From an uncultured Candidatus Saccharibacteria bacterium (GTDB lineage: Bacteria > Patescibacteriota > Minisyncoccia > Phycocordibacterales > PALSA-1337): 50,208 bases of DNA. The notes under the pieces were generated by a model. That model ran no database searches. It was given only the letters and a program-made list of their open reading frames with translations, and had not been told where the DNA came from. The translations under genes were made by a program, and so were the position numbers. Each line of letters opens with the position of its first letter. Within the stretch, counting starts at the first letter, position 1. The stretch is taken from assembly GCA_964365535.1 (NCBI GenBank), contig CAYIQG010000001.1:1-50208 (forward strand). The letters run 5' to 3'. Of the stretch, positions 33,381 to 42,256 are shown in pieces.

Positions 33381-35392
33381 ATACCCCTACTGCGCTGATC
33401 GCTAATCCAGCCAAATGTTGGAACTCTTACTTGCGCTCCATTTACACTAAGACCATGCAATCTAATTACGGCGTCTGCTATGTTTGTCTTTAGTTGTTCA
33501 GAGTTTGAATGATCACCGATTTCCTTCAGTTGTGAATTCGTGTAATTTTTAATAACTGCCTCACCCGTTAACAGAGCCTGATCTATGCCTAGCAACTCTT
33601 TCCCATCATAATTCTTCAGCATATCTTTTACCATACCTTCGTCATCATTTCTAATTGCTGTTTCAAATATTTCTTTTCTTTTTGCTTCGATAGCATCCTT
33701 ATCTTCCTTTGAGAAATCATCCGATTTTTTAATTGCTTCAAAGTCCCCCTTTTTAAGATAACGAATTACATTCGGATCTTTCAAGTCATTAGGCTTAATA
33801 GAAAGTTTTTCTTTTTCACTCATTTTACCAATAACATCTTTCATTGTACTACCTCCAACGACAGGAGGTTGTCCGGCTTTTAGATTGGTGAGCAAAGTGC
33901 CAAATTCTTTGCGCCGTTCAATTTCTTTGTCCTTGCTTGCAATATCCTTGTTTATAGTAACCTGATCTTTCCATGATCGACTACCGCCATATTTAGCTTG
34001 CGCGGCCTTACCGACTGTTGCTGCTCTTATTCCGCGTGCGATTTCACTATTTCCAACACCAACAAGAGCTCCTGCAATTTTTCCAACACGGCTATCGAAT
34101 TTCTGATTTCCTGCCCATTTTTCAACTGAAGAGCCGAATCTACCTGCGGTATTTCTTCCGGCCCAGCCGGCGCCAGCTTGCAATCTCCCAACTGTCGCCC
34201 ATCGACTGAATTTCTCTATTGAGCCCTGTAAGCTATCTATTGCTTTAATAGATAGTCCAGAAACTTTTATCGCGACAAAGATTGGAATATTGAGCATAAC
34301 AATGATAATAGCGAATCCAACAAATAGGTTGATGAAGTCACCAAGACCACCGGAAACGACACCGCCATTTACAACATTTCCGGTAAGTGTATTGAGTTTG
34401 CTGTCGGCAATTATCTTTATCGCCACATACATAAACAGTAGATAAACAGGCAGAAAAATGAGGTTGGCTTTCAATTGGTCTGTCCATTGTTTTGCAAAAT
34501 CTTTGAGATTTGGAATCACCCATGAAGCTATCCATACTGGGGAAAATCCGAGCAAGAATATCAATACTGCAATACGCCATATACACGCTATCACTACCGC
34601 TAGAAAACTTAATATGGTAATTATTAGCACTATAATACCGGCAAAACCTGTAAGTATGATTTGGGCGGTTGTTGAAAGCCCAGTGCTCGATCCCCCAGTA
34701 TTAGAAACTGTTGAATTTAATCCTCTGTTATTCCACCATTGATTAATTTTGAGTGCCCCCATGAATATTCCTGATATGCCACCATCGCCATTTTCCAATG
34801 AAGCAGCAACCATCTCATTTACCGAATTCATTGGACCCATATCCACTGTCTGGTTTGGGGCAATAGCATTATAAAATTGAAGTGAAACTATATTTGACGC
34901 GTCTATGAGGACGCTTGTCATAAAAAAGCTAAAATTAATCAATATCCCCATAATAACCATGTTTCTAATCATGGTTCCATAGCTAGGAGGTTTTAAGCTT
35001 AATATCATCTGAATAGCCGCCCATAATATAAAGAATATTAAGAGCATGCTTGATAAATCACGGATTGTCCCCCAAACTGTGTATATGACTGGAGTAGCGC
35101 CTATGAATGACTTCAAATGGGTTGTTAAGTTCATTGATACATTCAGTAAGATACCAACGAGACTTAAGAGCCAGCCAAGCATCTGAAGAGCTGCATTGAC
35201 TATATAGGATAATATGGTATTTACAAAACTCATCAAGTCAAGATCAAATCCCAGAAAACTTGTTATTCCTCCCCCGCTAGCTTTTTGCGCGTGCGCTATC
35301 TTCCCTCCCATCCCCACCCACACCAAAACCGCCAGGCAAAATATCGGCAGAATTTTCTTTATTATCTCTTTTATTTGCTTGATTCGTTTCAT
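33374..35392 (-). CDS. VirB6/TrbL-like polytopic membrane protein with about 270-aa hydrophilic C-terminal domain
   Basis: Signal peptide plus about 7-8 hydrophobic helices over the first 400 aa, placed next to the PrgI-like and VirB4-like genes. The family assignment rests on topology and context. Confidence 0.5.
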   Translation of the reverse strand: MKRIKQIKEIIKKILPIFCLAVLVWVGMGGKIAHAQKASGGGITSFLGFDLDLMSFVNTILSYIVNAALQMLGWLLSLVGILLNVSMNLTTHLKSFIGATPVIYTVWGTIRDLSSMLLIFFILWAAIQMILSLKPPSYGTMIRNMVIMGILINFSFFMTSVLIDASNIVSLQFYNAIAPNQTVDMGPMNSVNEMVAASLENGDGGISGIFMGALKINQWWNNRGLNSTVSNTGGSSTGLSTTAQIILTGFAGIIVLIITILSFLAVVIACIWRIAVLIFLLGFSPVWIASWVIPNLKDFAKQWTDQLKANLIFLPVYLLFMYVAIKIIADSKLNTLTGNVVNGGVVSGGLGDFINLFVGFAIIIVMLNIPIFVAIKVSGLSIKAIDSLQGSIEKFSRWATVGRLQAGAGWAGRNTAGRFGSSVEKWAGNQKFDSRVGKIAGALVGVGNSEIARGIRAATVGKAAQAKYGGSRSWKDQVTINKDIASKDKEIERRKEFGTLLTNLKAGQPPVVGGSTMKDVIGKMSEKEKLSIKPNDLKDPNVIRYLKKGDFEAIKKSDDFSKEDKDAIEAKRKEIFETAIRNDDEGMVKDMLKNYDGKELLGIDQALLTGEAVIKNYTNSQLKEIGDHSNSEQLKTNIADAVIRLHGLSVNGAQVRVPTFGWISDQRSRGIW

Positions 35393-35471
35393 TTATTTTT
35401 ATTCGCTTTTATCCCTACTTTGTCTTGCCTTATCCAATACCCACTCCCCACCTCTTTTAACTCTCGGATGT

Positions 35472-37226
35472 TTATAAAATGCTGTTTGGAAACATCTCTG
35501 ACCTTTGCAAATACTCCGTGGCTTCTTTATCGAGTGGCGTGAGCTGTCCCGGCTGGTCTGGTGGCAACCCCTGCAGAGTTTCCAGGTCATTTTGGGCATT
35601 CATAATGTCAATTTCGTTTGCTAGCGTGGAAGTTGCTATTGTAGGAAGAGTCGCGGAGAGTATTTTGGGTATTCTTTGTGCGCTGTCGATTGTTGTCATA
35701 TGCGAAATAGCCGTAGAGTATGTTTTGAGCGCCTTTTTCATAGCCTCGATTGTTGTTGCGTTGTTAGTTTCGTCAAGAAGTTTCCGTATTGTCCCCAAAC
35801 GATTTTTAGCATCCACCAGCTTTATTTGATATGTATTTTCGAGAGGAACGATCTTAATAGCGATGGCCATATCTATAGCAGCCATCTGATTTCTAGCGAA
35901 AATAATCTGCGGCATAGACAGGCTAAGTTGAGTGGTAGAGCCGACCTTGTCATTGAAATTAGATCTGGCGATTAAATATTTGTTCTTGACCACGCTTATG
36001 GAATCCATAGCTTGCTGGCGCAACTGTGCGTATCGCGAAGCAGTCGTATAATAGCCATTGATGGAATCGGTAAGCGTTGTTCGCGAATCCGCGAGCTGGT
36101 CTCTAACTGATTGCTGTGATAATTGATAGGCGACTCCGCCCAAATTTCCTTTTCCAGGACTGCTAGCGCCTTTCAATCCGCCCGATAATACTTGCGATAC
36201 CAATTGAGCGAATAAAGCATTAACGATTTGATTGAAAGAACTTGCCAAGTTCAATCTGTCTTGAGGAATACCCAATGATTTGTTGATAGAGCCGCCAATG
36301 ACCGAGCCAGGCGTTTGGGTTTCGCAATTTTTGTATGTAACCATGCCAGTTTTTTTGTCCACGGCTTTTTTAGTAGTCAAGGTACCGCCAGAATAAATAT
36401 CTTTCCCGGTTACAACTCTCTGATTGCCGCTTTTATTCAAAGCGGAATAATCCGTGCCCATTACTTCTTGGTCAAGGCTTCTCTGCGCGGACACACTATC
36501 CGCGCTAATGTCGGTGCATTTTTGCCATGATAAGAATCCGCTACCTTGAATGAGGTCATTGCTATAACGATTTTGCGTTACGCCGATTCTCTGTAAAAGG
36601 TCGCTTTGCGCGGTCAAATAAGCTCCCACCGGATTATTCCCTGTTTCAGTGGTCATACTGATGAAAGCCGGCCAACCGCCTTGTTTGAAATCGCCATTCA
36701 TAAAGCCGTTTATGCTTCTGCCGTTGATTGTCGAATTACCGACATTCTGGATTACCGAACTCAAAGTACAAGTATATCTCGGATATGGTTCCGCTTGTCC
36801 CAAAACCAGCGCTAGCCGTATATCAATATTAAAAGGCGAGCACAGTCCGGACAGGACGCCGGTATTTGCTATGAATGCCCCGGTAATCTGGTCTCCGACA
36901 TCCGTAAAAAATGCCCGAGGATTGCTAAGGAATGAAGGACTGCCCTGAAAACCGGTATTTATCCAATTGACCACGCTAGATGTTACCTGTTGGAGCATAA
37001 TGCTCGCTATATTGTAAGCTAATGTGTCTAGGACATAAGATTTTACTCTTTGTAGCGTTGTATCAACAGTTCTCATTATTGCGGTTGGGCTTGTTTCGCC
37101 GGCAACAACAACATATAAGGCATTAGCGGTTTTTGGCAATATTTGAGTGCCTAAAATTGTAACAAGCAGTGTCAGTGAAATTATATGTACCAAATGCCGC
37201 GATTTTGTTATTATTTTTTGGGTCAT
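35472..37226 (-). CDS. Large secreted protein (locus gene 2)
   Basis: The ATG at 37226 gives MTQKIITKSRHLVHIISLTLLVTILGTQILPKTANA. The ORF track begins at a TTG at 37250. No family recognised. Confidence 0.65.
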   Translation of the reverse strand: MTQKIITKSRHLVHIISLTLLVTILGTQILPKTANALYVVVAGETSPTAIMRTVDTTLQRVKSYVLDTLAYNIASIMLQQVTSSVVNWINTGFQGSPSFLSNPRAFFTDVGDQITGAFIANTGVLSGLCSPFNIDIRLALVLGQAEPYPRYTCTLSSVIQNVGNSTINGRSINGFMNGDFKQGGWPAFISMTTETGNNPVGAYLTAQSDLLQRIGVTQNRYSNDLIQGSGFLSWQKCTDISADSVSAQRSLDQEVMGTDYSALNKSGNQRVVTGKDIYSGGTLTTKKAVDKKTGMVTYKNCETQTPGSVIGGSINKSLGIPQDRLNLASSFNQIVNALFAQLVSQVLSGGLKGASSPGKGNLGGVAYQLSQQSVRDQLADSRTTLTDSINGYYTTASRYAQLRQQAMDSISVVKNKYLIARSNFNDKVGSTTQLSLSMPQIIFARNQMAAIDMAIAIKIVPLENTYQIKLVDAKNRLGTIRKLLDETNNATTIEAMKKALKTYSTAISHMTTIDSAQRIPKILSATLPTIATSTLANEIDIMNAQNDLETLQGLPPDQPGQLTPLDKEATEYLQRSEMFPNSIL

Positions 37227-37246
37227 ATATTGATAATATTTATTTA

Positions 37247-38089
37247 TCAAGAACTAAATATGATTTCATTTGAAGTGAAATAATTCTGAATGTTATCCAA
37301 TGCCGTCATAATATTTTGCAGGCCCGAGACATAAATGCCGACAGCCGCCAAACCTTGAGTAGGGTCTTTTTCAACATTTCGGAGGGATTTCGCGTTGTAT
37401 AGGGTGATACTTATACCATTCAATAAGTCTAGATGATACTGTGACGCGGATTTCGGCACTGGCAATACCCGTAATTTATTGACAATAGATTCATATTTGG
37501 CAATGATTGGGTCAATTTGCTCAAGTATGCTCATATCTCCTTGGTCGAATGCGTTATTGGCAATAATTGCCGCGTCTTCGACTGGAAGGTTTTTCATTAT
37601 TCCCATAAGATTTTTCCCGTATTCGGCAATTTGATTTTGATTGGAGTCAAGTACGATATAGATATCTTTCGCGAAATATATTGTCGGATTCGTCACATCA
37701 GCTATACGCCCAACAAATCTATTATTTATGGCGTTTATCACATCAGGATTTTCTTCAAGTCCAGCTTGTTTAGCCATCATATATTGGGCGAAATAGTCTC
37801 TGCTTATTTGGTCAGTGAGTGTAAGCGGCGTATCTATGATATTTTCTGTTTTCTTCGCCGATAATTTAACGCTGTTGGTCGCGGAGCCGAAGAATTGCTT
37901 TTGCCAATCCGTTGAAGCGGTTGTAGTTGAAACACGGTCTGTATTTATTGAAGTTGTTACGGCTATTCTCCCTTCATCTTGCATTGGCGCGACTTTTTGC
38001 CTGTATGAATACCATACCATCGTCCCGACGACTACAACACACGCGATGAAAATAATTACCGTCTGTTTACGCGGGTATAATTTAGCCAT
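37247..38089 (-). CDS. Single-pass membrane protein (locus gene 1)
   Basis: N-terminal anchor VIIFIACVVVVGTMVWYSY and a helical extracytoplasmic domain. No family recognised. Confidence 0.65.
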   Translation of the reverse strand: MAKLYPRKQTVIIFIACVVVVGTMVWYSYRQKVAPMQDEGRIAVTTSINTDRVSTTTASTDWQKQFFGSATNSVKLSAKKTENIIDTPLTLTDQISRDYFAQYMMAKQAGLEENPDVINAINNRFVGRIADVTNPTIYFAKDIYIVLDSNQNQIAEYGKNLMGIMKNLPVEDAAIIANNAFDQGDMSILEQIDPIIAKYESIVNKLRVLPVPKSASQYHLDLLNGISITLYNAKSLRNVEKDPTQGLAAVGIYVSGLQNIMTALDNIQNYFTSNEIIFSS

Positions 38090-38121
38090 GCTATACGCAA
38101 TTATAGCGCAAGTGAAGGTTA

Positions 38122-38970
38122 TTACGCGCTAATTTTTGTGGATAACGCGAACCATTGTTCTAGAGTCAAATCTTCAGCTCGAATCTTTTCATTAAATGAT
38201 AAAATGTTCCACACTTCTTTGATCTTATTCAAATCAGCAATACTCTCAAGGTTTCTAATCAAGAATTTTCGTTTATGCGCGAAACCAGCGCGAACAATAC
38301 GGAAGAAGTGGCTTATTTCAAGCTTATTCTCTATGAATTTGTCATTTGATATGCCGTTTATTGCCAAAATAGCCGAATCAACGGTTGGCGGTGGTACGAA
38401 AGCTCCTCTTGAAACCTTGGCGATAATGCGCGGATTACTGAAAGCTTTCACGGAAATTGACAATATACTTTCTTTTTTATCCTTAGCCACAATGCGTTCC
38501 GCCACTTCCTTTTGAGTTAATAACACCATCCTATTTGGTCTGGGTTCATTCTCAAGAAATTTCTCAAGAATAGCGCCGGTAATATAGTAAGGAATATTGG
38601 CGACAACCGCATAGCTTTTTTGAGCGTTATTTCTGCTGGATTTGTCATTCCCGCGATCCGCCAGATGGCGGAGGGAATCCAGCGTGTGCACATTAAATTT
38701 TAATATGTCTTCATACACTAGAGTTAATCTTCCATTCAAGATTTCCTCGGCAAACTTTTCTTTTAATAAATCATATGAACGAATATCTTTCTCCACGGCT
38801 ACTACTCTTGCTTCTGCTTTCAATAACTCTTGTGTGAGTATTCCAGTTCCAGGTCCAATCTCCAAGATATTTTCACCTTTTTGAATATTCGCGGCTGCAA
38901 TAATATCATTCAAAACTTTTTTTGAATGAAGAAAATATTGCCCCAATGACTTTTTCGGTCTGATTTGCAT
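38122..38970 (-). CDS. rsmA: 16S rRNA (adenine1518/1519-N6)-dimethyltransferase RsmA/KsgA
   Basis: LGQYFL, SAM-binding ILEIGPGTGILT, and the ANIPYYITGAIL motif. It carries a 13-aa insertion. Confidence 0.9.
   Translation of the reverse strand: MQIRPKKSLGQYFLHSKKVLNDIIAAANIQKGENILEIGPGTGILTQELLKAEARVVAVEKDIRSYDLLKEKFAEEILNGRLTLVYEDILKFNVHTLDSLRHLADRGNDKSSRNNAQKSYAVVANIPYYITGAILEKFLENEPRPNRMVLLTQKEVAERIVAKDKKESILSISVKAFSNPRIIAKVSRGAFVPPPTVDSAILAINGISNDKFIENKLEISHFFRIVRAGFAHKRKFLIRNLESIADLNKIKEVWNILSFNEKIRAEDLTLEQWFALSTKISA
38644..38682. repeat. 39-nt GC-rich palindromic element in frame within rsmA
   Basis: gtcattcccgcgatccgccagatggcggagggaatccag encodes exactly LDSLRHLADRGND. It shares its termini (gtcattcccgcga ... 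gggaatcYag) with the intergenic hairpin at 49229-49255. Confidence 0.75.
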
Positions 38971-38988
38971 ATTTTCTCGTACATATTA

Positions 38989-40962
38989 TCAGAAATCAAT
39001 AAAAATCGCTTTCGCTCCCGTTGGTTTTTCTGGTGGAACATCATCAATAAGTTCCTTTTCAATATCGTCAATAAATTCAGAAGGCGCATTCACTCTCTGT
39101 GCCCCATAAACAGTGCGAATAATCGTATAACTCAAATAAACTTTTTTCTTGGCTCTAGTTAACGCCACATAAAACAATCTTCTTTCCTCTTCTTCCTCAC
39201 TTTGACTCACTTTCCCTTCATCTAGGTGCTTGAATGGGAAAAGGTCCTGTTCCATTCCGGCAATACAAATAATTTCAAATTCAAGACCTTTCGAGGCGTG
39301 AACCGTCATTAGTTTTACCGCGTTTTCTTTTTTCTCCAGCTCATCTTGGTCAGTCGCGAGCGCAGCATTCTCGAGGAGAGCCATAATCCCCTCTTCGGGA
39401 CTCATCTGGTCGTATTGCGTAGCCACGGAAACGAGTTCTCGAATGTTGAGCAGGCGTTCCTCGTCATCACTATCACCCCGCCTTCCCGTGGACGAATGGT
39501 CAAACATCTTTTCGATACCGCTTTCTTGAATGACGAATTTAAGAGTTTCGGACGGTTTCTTTTCAAAGATTTCTTTTTTGATATTATCGAGCAAATTCCA
39601 GAAGCCGGTGATCTTCTCTCTAGTGGCTTCCGGTATCAGATTTTCTTGATTCGCGAATATTCTCGCGACAGTCACTTTGCCAATACCTCTTGTTGGGACA
39701 TTGATAATTCTCGCTATATCGCCCAGACTTTCTTTGTTTAACGCCGCGCGGATATATGAAAGTACATCTTTCACTTCTTTCCTTTCGAAAAATCTGGTTC
39801 CCAAAAGTTGATATGGCACATTTTTCTTGATAAAAGCTTCTTCCAACGCTCTCGATTGGAAATTTGCCCTATACAAAACGGCAATCTCTTGCGGTGAAAT
39901 CCCTTCGGCTATCGCGTTTCGACAAATATCGGCCACGGCTCTAGCCTCGTCCATTTCAGTGTATGAAGCAATAATAGATATTTTCTCGCCATCTTCATTA
40001 TCGGTATAAAGTACCTTTTTTTTGCGCAAAATATTCTTTTCGATAACCATATTTGCCGCGGCGAGAATAGTCTTCGTTGACCTATAGTTTTTCTCCAAAA
40101 CAATAACCGCAGTTTCCGGATAATCTTTCTCGAAATTCAAGATATTTTCGATTGTCGCGCCGCGCCAGCTATAGATATTCTGGTCGGCATCTCCGACAAC
40201 GCATATGTTTCTATGGGATTCAGCCAAATACTTGGCTATTCTGTATTGAACGCGATTCGTGTCTTGATATTCGTCAATGTGAATATATTTCCATATAGAA
40301 CTATAGTGCTTTCGAATCTCAAGATTATTTTCCAATAACTGGCAGGTTCTCAAAAGTAAATCATCAAAGTCCAAGGCTTTTTCTTTGGATAATATCGCAT
40401 CATATTTTTCCCAAATACCGACAATCATTTCTTCCATAAAGTCTTTTGCTGATTCTCCGTATTGAATATGATTCATGCCGCTACCTTTCGCCATGGAAAT
40501 CTTATTGAGAATAACATTCGGTTCAAATTTCTTCGGGTCAATTGAAGATTGCAACATAGCTTCTTTGACTGCTCGTTTCGAATCGGCGCGGTCGTAAATA
40601 GTGAAATGGCGAGTTAGTCCGAGTAAATGAGCATTTTCTCTAATAATGTGAACCCCTAACGCATGGAAAGTACTGACGAATGGCGTCTCGGCATTCCGGC
40701 CAGCGGACCAATTGGCCGAAACGGGTGTATTCAGTTCTTTACTGTCAGCCAAAAGGGCAAAAACGCGCTCGCGCATCTCTTTTGCCGCCTTGTTCGTGAA
40801 AGTTATGGCGAGAATGTCGCGCGGAGCGACCCCATTTTTAATAAGATTCAAAATTCGATGCGTTATTACTCTAGTCTTGCCTGAACCAGCTCCGGCGATT
40901 ATGAGAACGGGACCATCAATATGTTCGACTGCTTTTGTTTGTTCGGGATTCAATCCATGCAT
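38989..40962 (-). CDS. pcrA: UvrD/PcrA/Rep-family ATP-dependent DNA helicase
   Basis: Motif I AGAGSGKTRVITHRI, motif II HIDEYQDTN, and TVHASKGLEF late in the protein. 657 aa. Confidence 0.9.
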   Translation of the reverse strand: MHGLNPEQTKAVEHIDGPVLIIAGAGSGKTRVITHRILNLIKNGVAPRDILAITFTNKAAKEMRERVFALLADSKELNTPVSANWSAGRNAETPFVSTFHALGVHIIRENAHLLGLTRHFTIYDRADSKRAVKEAMLQSSIDPKKFEPNVILNKISMAKGSGMNHIQYGESAKDFMEEMIVGIWEKYDAILSKEKALDFDDLLLRTCQLLENNLEIRKHYSSIWKYIHIDEYQDTNRVQYRIAKYLAESHRNICVVGDADQNIYSWRGATIENILNFEKDYPETAVIVLEKNYRSTKTILAAANMVIEKNILRKKKVLYTDNEDGEKISIIASYTEMDEARAVADICRNAIAEGISPQEIAVLYRANFQSRALEEAFIKKNVPYQLLGTRFFERKEVKDVLSYIRAALNKESLGDIARIINVPTRGIGKVTVARIFANQENLIPEATREKITGFWNLLDNIKKEIFEKKPSETLKFVIQESGIEKMFDHSSTGRRGDSDDEERLLNIRELVSVATQYDQMSPEEGIMALLENAALATDQDELEKKENAVKLMTVHASKGLEFEIICIAGMEQDLFPFKHLDEGKVSQSEEEEERRLFYVALTRAKKKVYLSYTIIRTVYGAQRVNAPSEFIDDIEKELIDDVPPEKPTGAKAIFIDF

Positions 40963-41205
40963 GGACTTATATTAACAGTTTACATGCCGTTAGCTAGTTT
41001 CTAGGACATATTGATTGACAACAAAGCAAATAGTACTACTGTGTATAAACTAGATTGACAATAATATACCACTTGCTACCCTAGACAGGATAACCTAAAA
41101 CTTTGCTCCAATATACGGCTTAATAAAGCCATTTATTATTTAGGGAATCATTCCAGAAAAGCAGGAAGAAAGTTACGGAGGATTTGCAGAAATGAAAAAT
41201 ATATT

Positions 41206-42255
41206 ATGAAATCATTATCTCACGACAAAAGTAAATATTCGACCATTACCAAACGCGCCTTTTCTTGGCCTCTTACCTTTGTAATCGCTTTAGCCGCGCT
41301 TGTGCTCTATTCCGGGACCGCTTATGCCGGTCTCTTTTCTTTTGTCGGGTCGCTATTCGGAGGTTCTTCCGCCGTCGCCCAAACAACGACCATTACTCCG
41401 GACCAAAATCTTCAGACAATCGCCTTGCTTCAGGCGCCAGCGAATATAAATCCCAATCAAAATGTTATCGCCGATGCCGTACCTATTAGCAACAATGAAA
41501 CACTCGTGGCTGACTTGGCAGCAGCCAATATTATTGATGAAAGTAATTATAATACGCAAATCAGCACCTATGTTGTTCGGGGAGGCGATACTATTTCAGG
41601 CGTTTCAAGAATGTTCAATGTTTCCGTGAATACTGTTTTGTGGGCGAATAATCTTAATGGTAAATCAATTCTTAAAGTTGGACAGACTCTTACTATTTTG
41701 CCCGTGACCGGTATTTCTTATACTATAAAGAAAGGTGATACTATCAAGAGTATTGCCAATAAATACAACGCCGATGTGACCGATATATTGAATTATAACG
41801 ATTTAATTTTATCGATGCCGCTTTCCGTCGGTAATTCGATAATTATCCCTGATGTGGAATTGTCATCCTCGGAGATTACGCGATTAACCGTACTTTCTAC
41901 GAATCGCGTTATTAGCGGCTTCATAAGGCCAATTGTCGGCGGGCGTAAGACTCAAGGGATACACGGCAATAATGGCGTTGACCTTGCCGCTCCGATTGGG
42001 ACTCCCATTGTCGCTTCGGCCAGTGGCACGGTGATTATCAGCCGTGCCGGCGGATGGAATGGCGGTTATGGCGGTTATGTCGTCATTTCCCATCCGAATG
42101 GCACGCAGACTCTATACGCGCATAATTCCAAGAATCTCGTAACTGCCGGCGAAAAAGTCATGCAAGGAGAAACTATCGCGCTTGTGGGTTCAACGGGCAA
42201 TTCAACCGGCCCCCATATTCATTTTGAAATTCGCGGCGCGGTCAATCCGTTTTAA
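41206..42255 (+). CDS. Secreted LysM-domain M23 metallopeptidase
   Basis: N-terminal TM/signal, two LysM repeats (YVVRGGDTISGVSRMF..., YTIKKGDTIKSIANKY...), and M23 motifs HGNNGVDLAAP and GSTGNSTGPHIHFEIR. Confidence 0.9.
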   Translation: MKSLSHDKSKYSTITKRAFSWPLTFVIALAALVLYSGTAYAGLFSFVGSLFGGSSAVAQTTTITPDQNLQTIALLQAPANINPNQNVIADAVPISNNETLVADLAAANIIDESNYNTQISTYVVRGGDTISGVSRMFNVSVNTVLWANNLNGKSILKVGQTLTILPVTGISYTIKKGDTIKSIANKYNADVTDILNYNDLILSMPLSVGNSIIIPDVELSSSEITRLTVLSTNRVISGFIRPIVGGRKTQGIHGNNGVDLAAPIGTPIVASASGTVIISRAGGWNGGYGGYVVISHPNGTQTLYAHNSKNLVTAGEKVMQGETIALVGSTGNSTGPHIHFEIRGAVNPF

Positions 42256-42256
42256 G

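Noticed and set aside
25277-38089. Interpreting the T4SS-like locus as an integrative conjugative element or plasmid remnant.
   Set aside because: - It is flanked directly by core genes (yidC, rsmA).
- No relaxase, coupling protein, replication or partition genes, or flanking repeats were seen.
- The XerC/D-like gene is 11 kb away, behind housekeeping genes.
- This remains tentative, because only 50 kb is visible.
40963-41205. 243-nt region upstream of the LysM/M23 peptidase gene considered as a c-di-AMP (ydaO-type) riboswitch or attenuator.
   Set aside because: Only a weak 5-bp hairpin (ggctt-aata-aagcc) with a T-rich tail and a TTGACA-N16-TACCCT promoter were found. I could not locate the conserved ydaO motif elements by eye.
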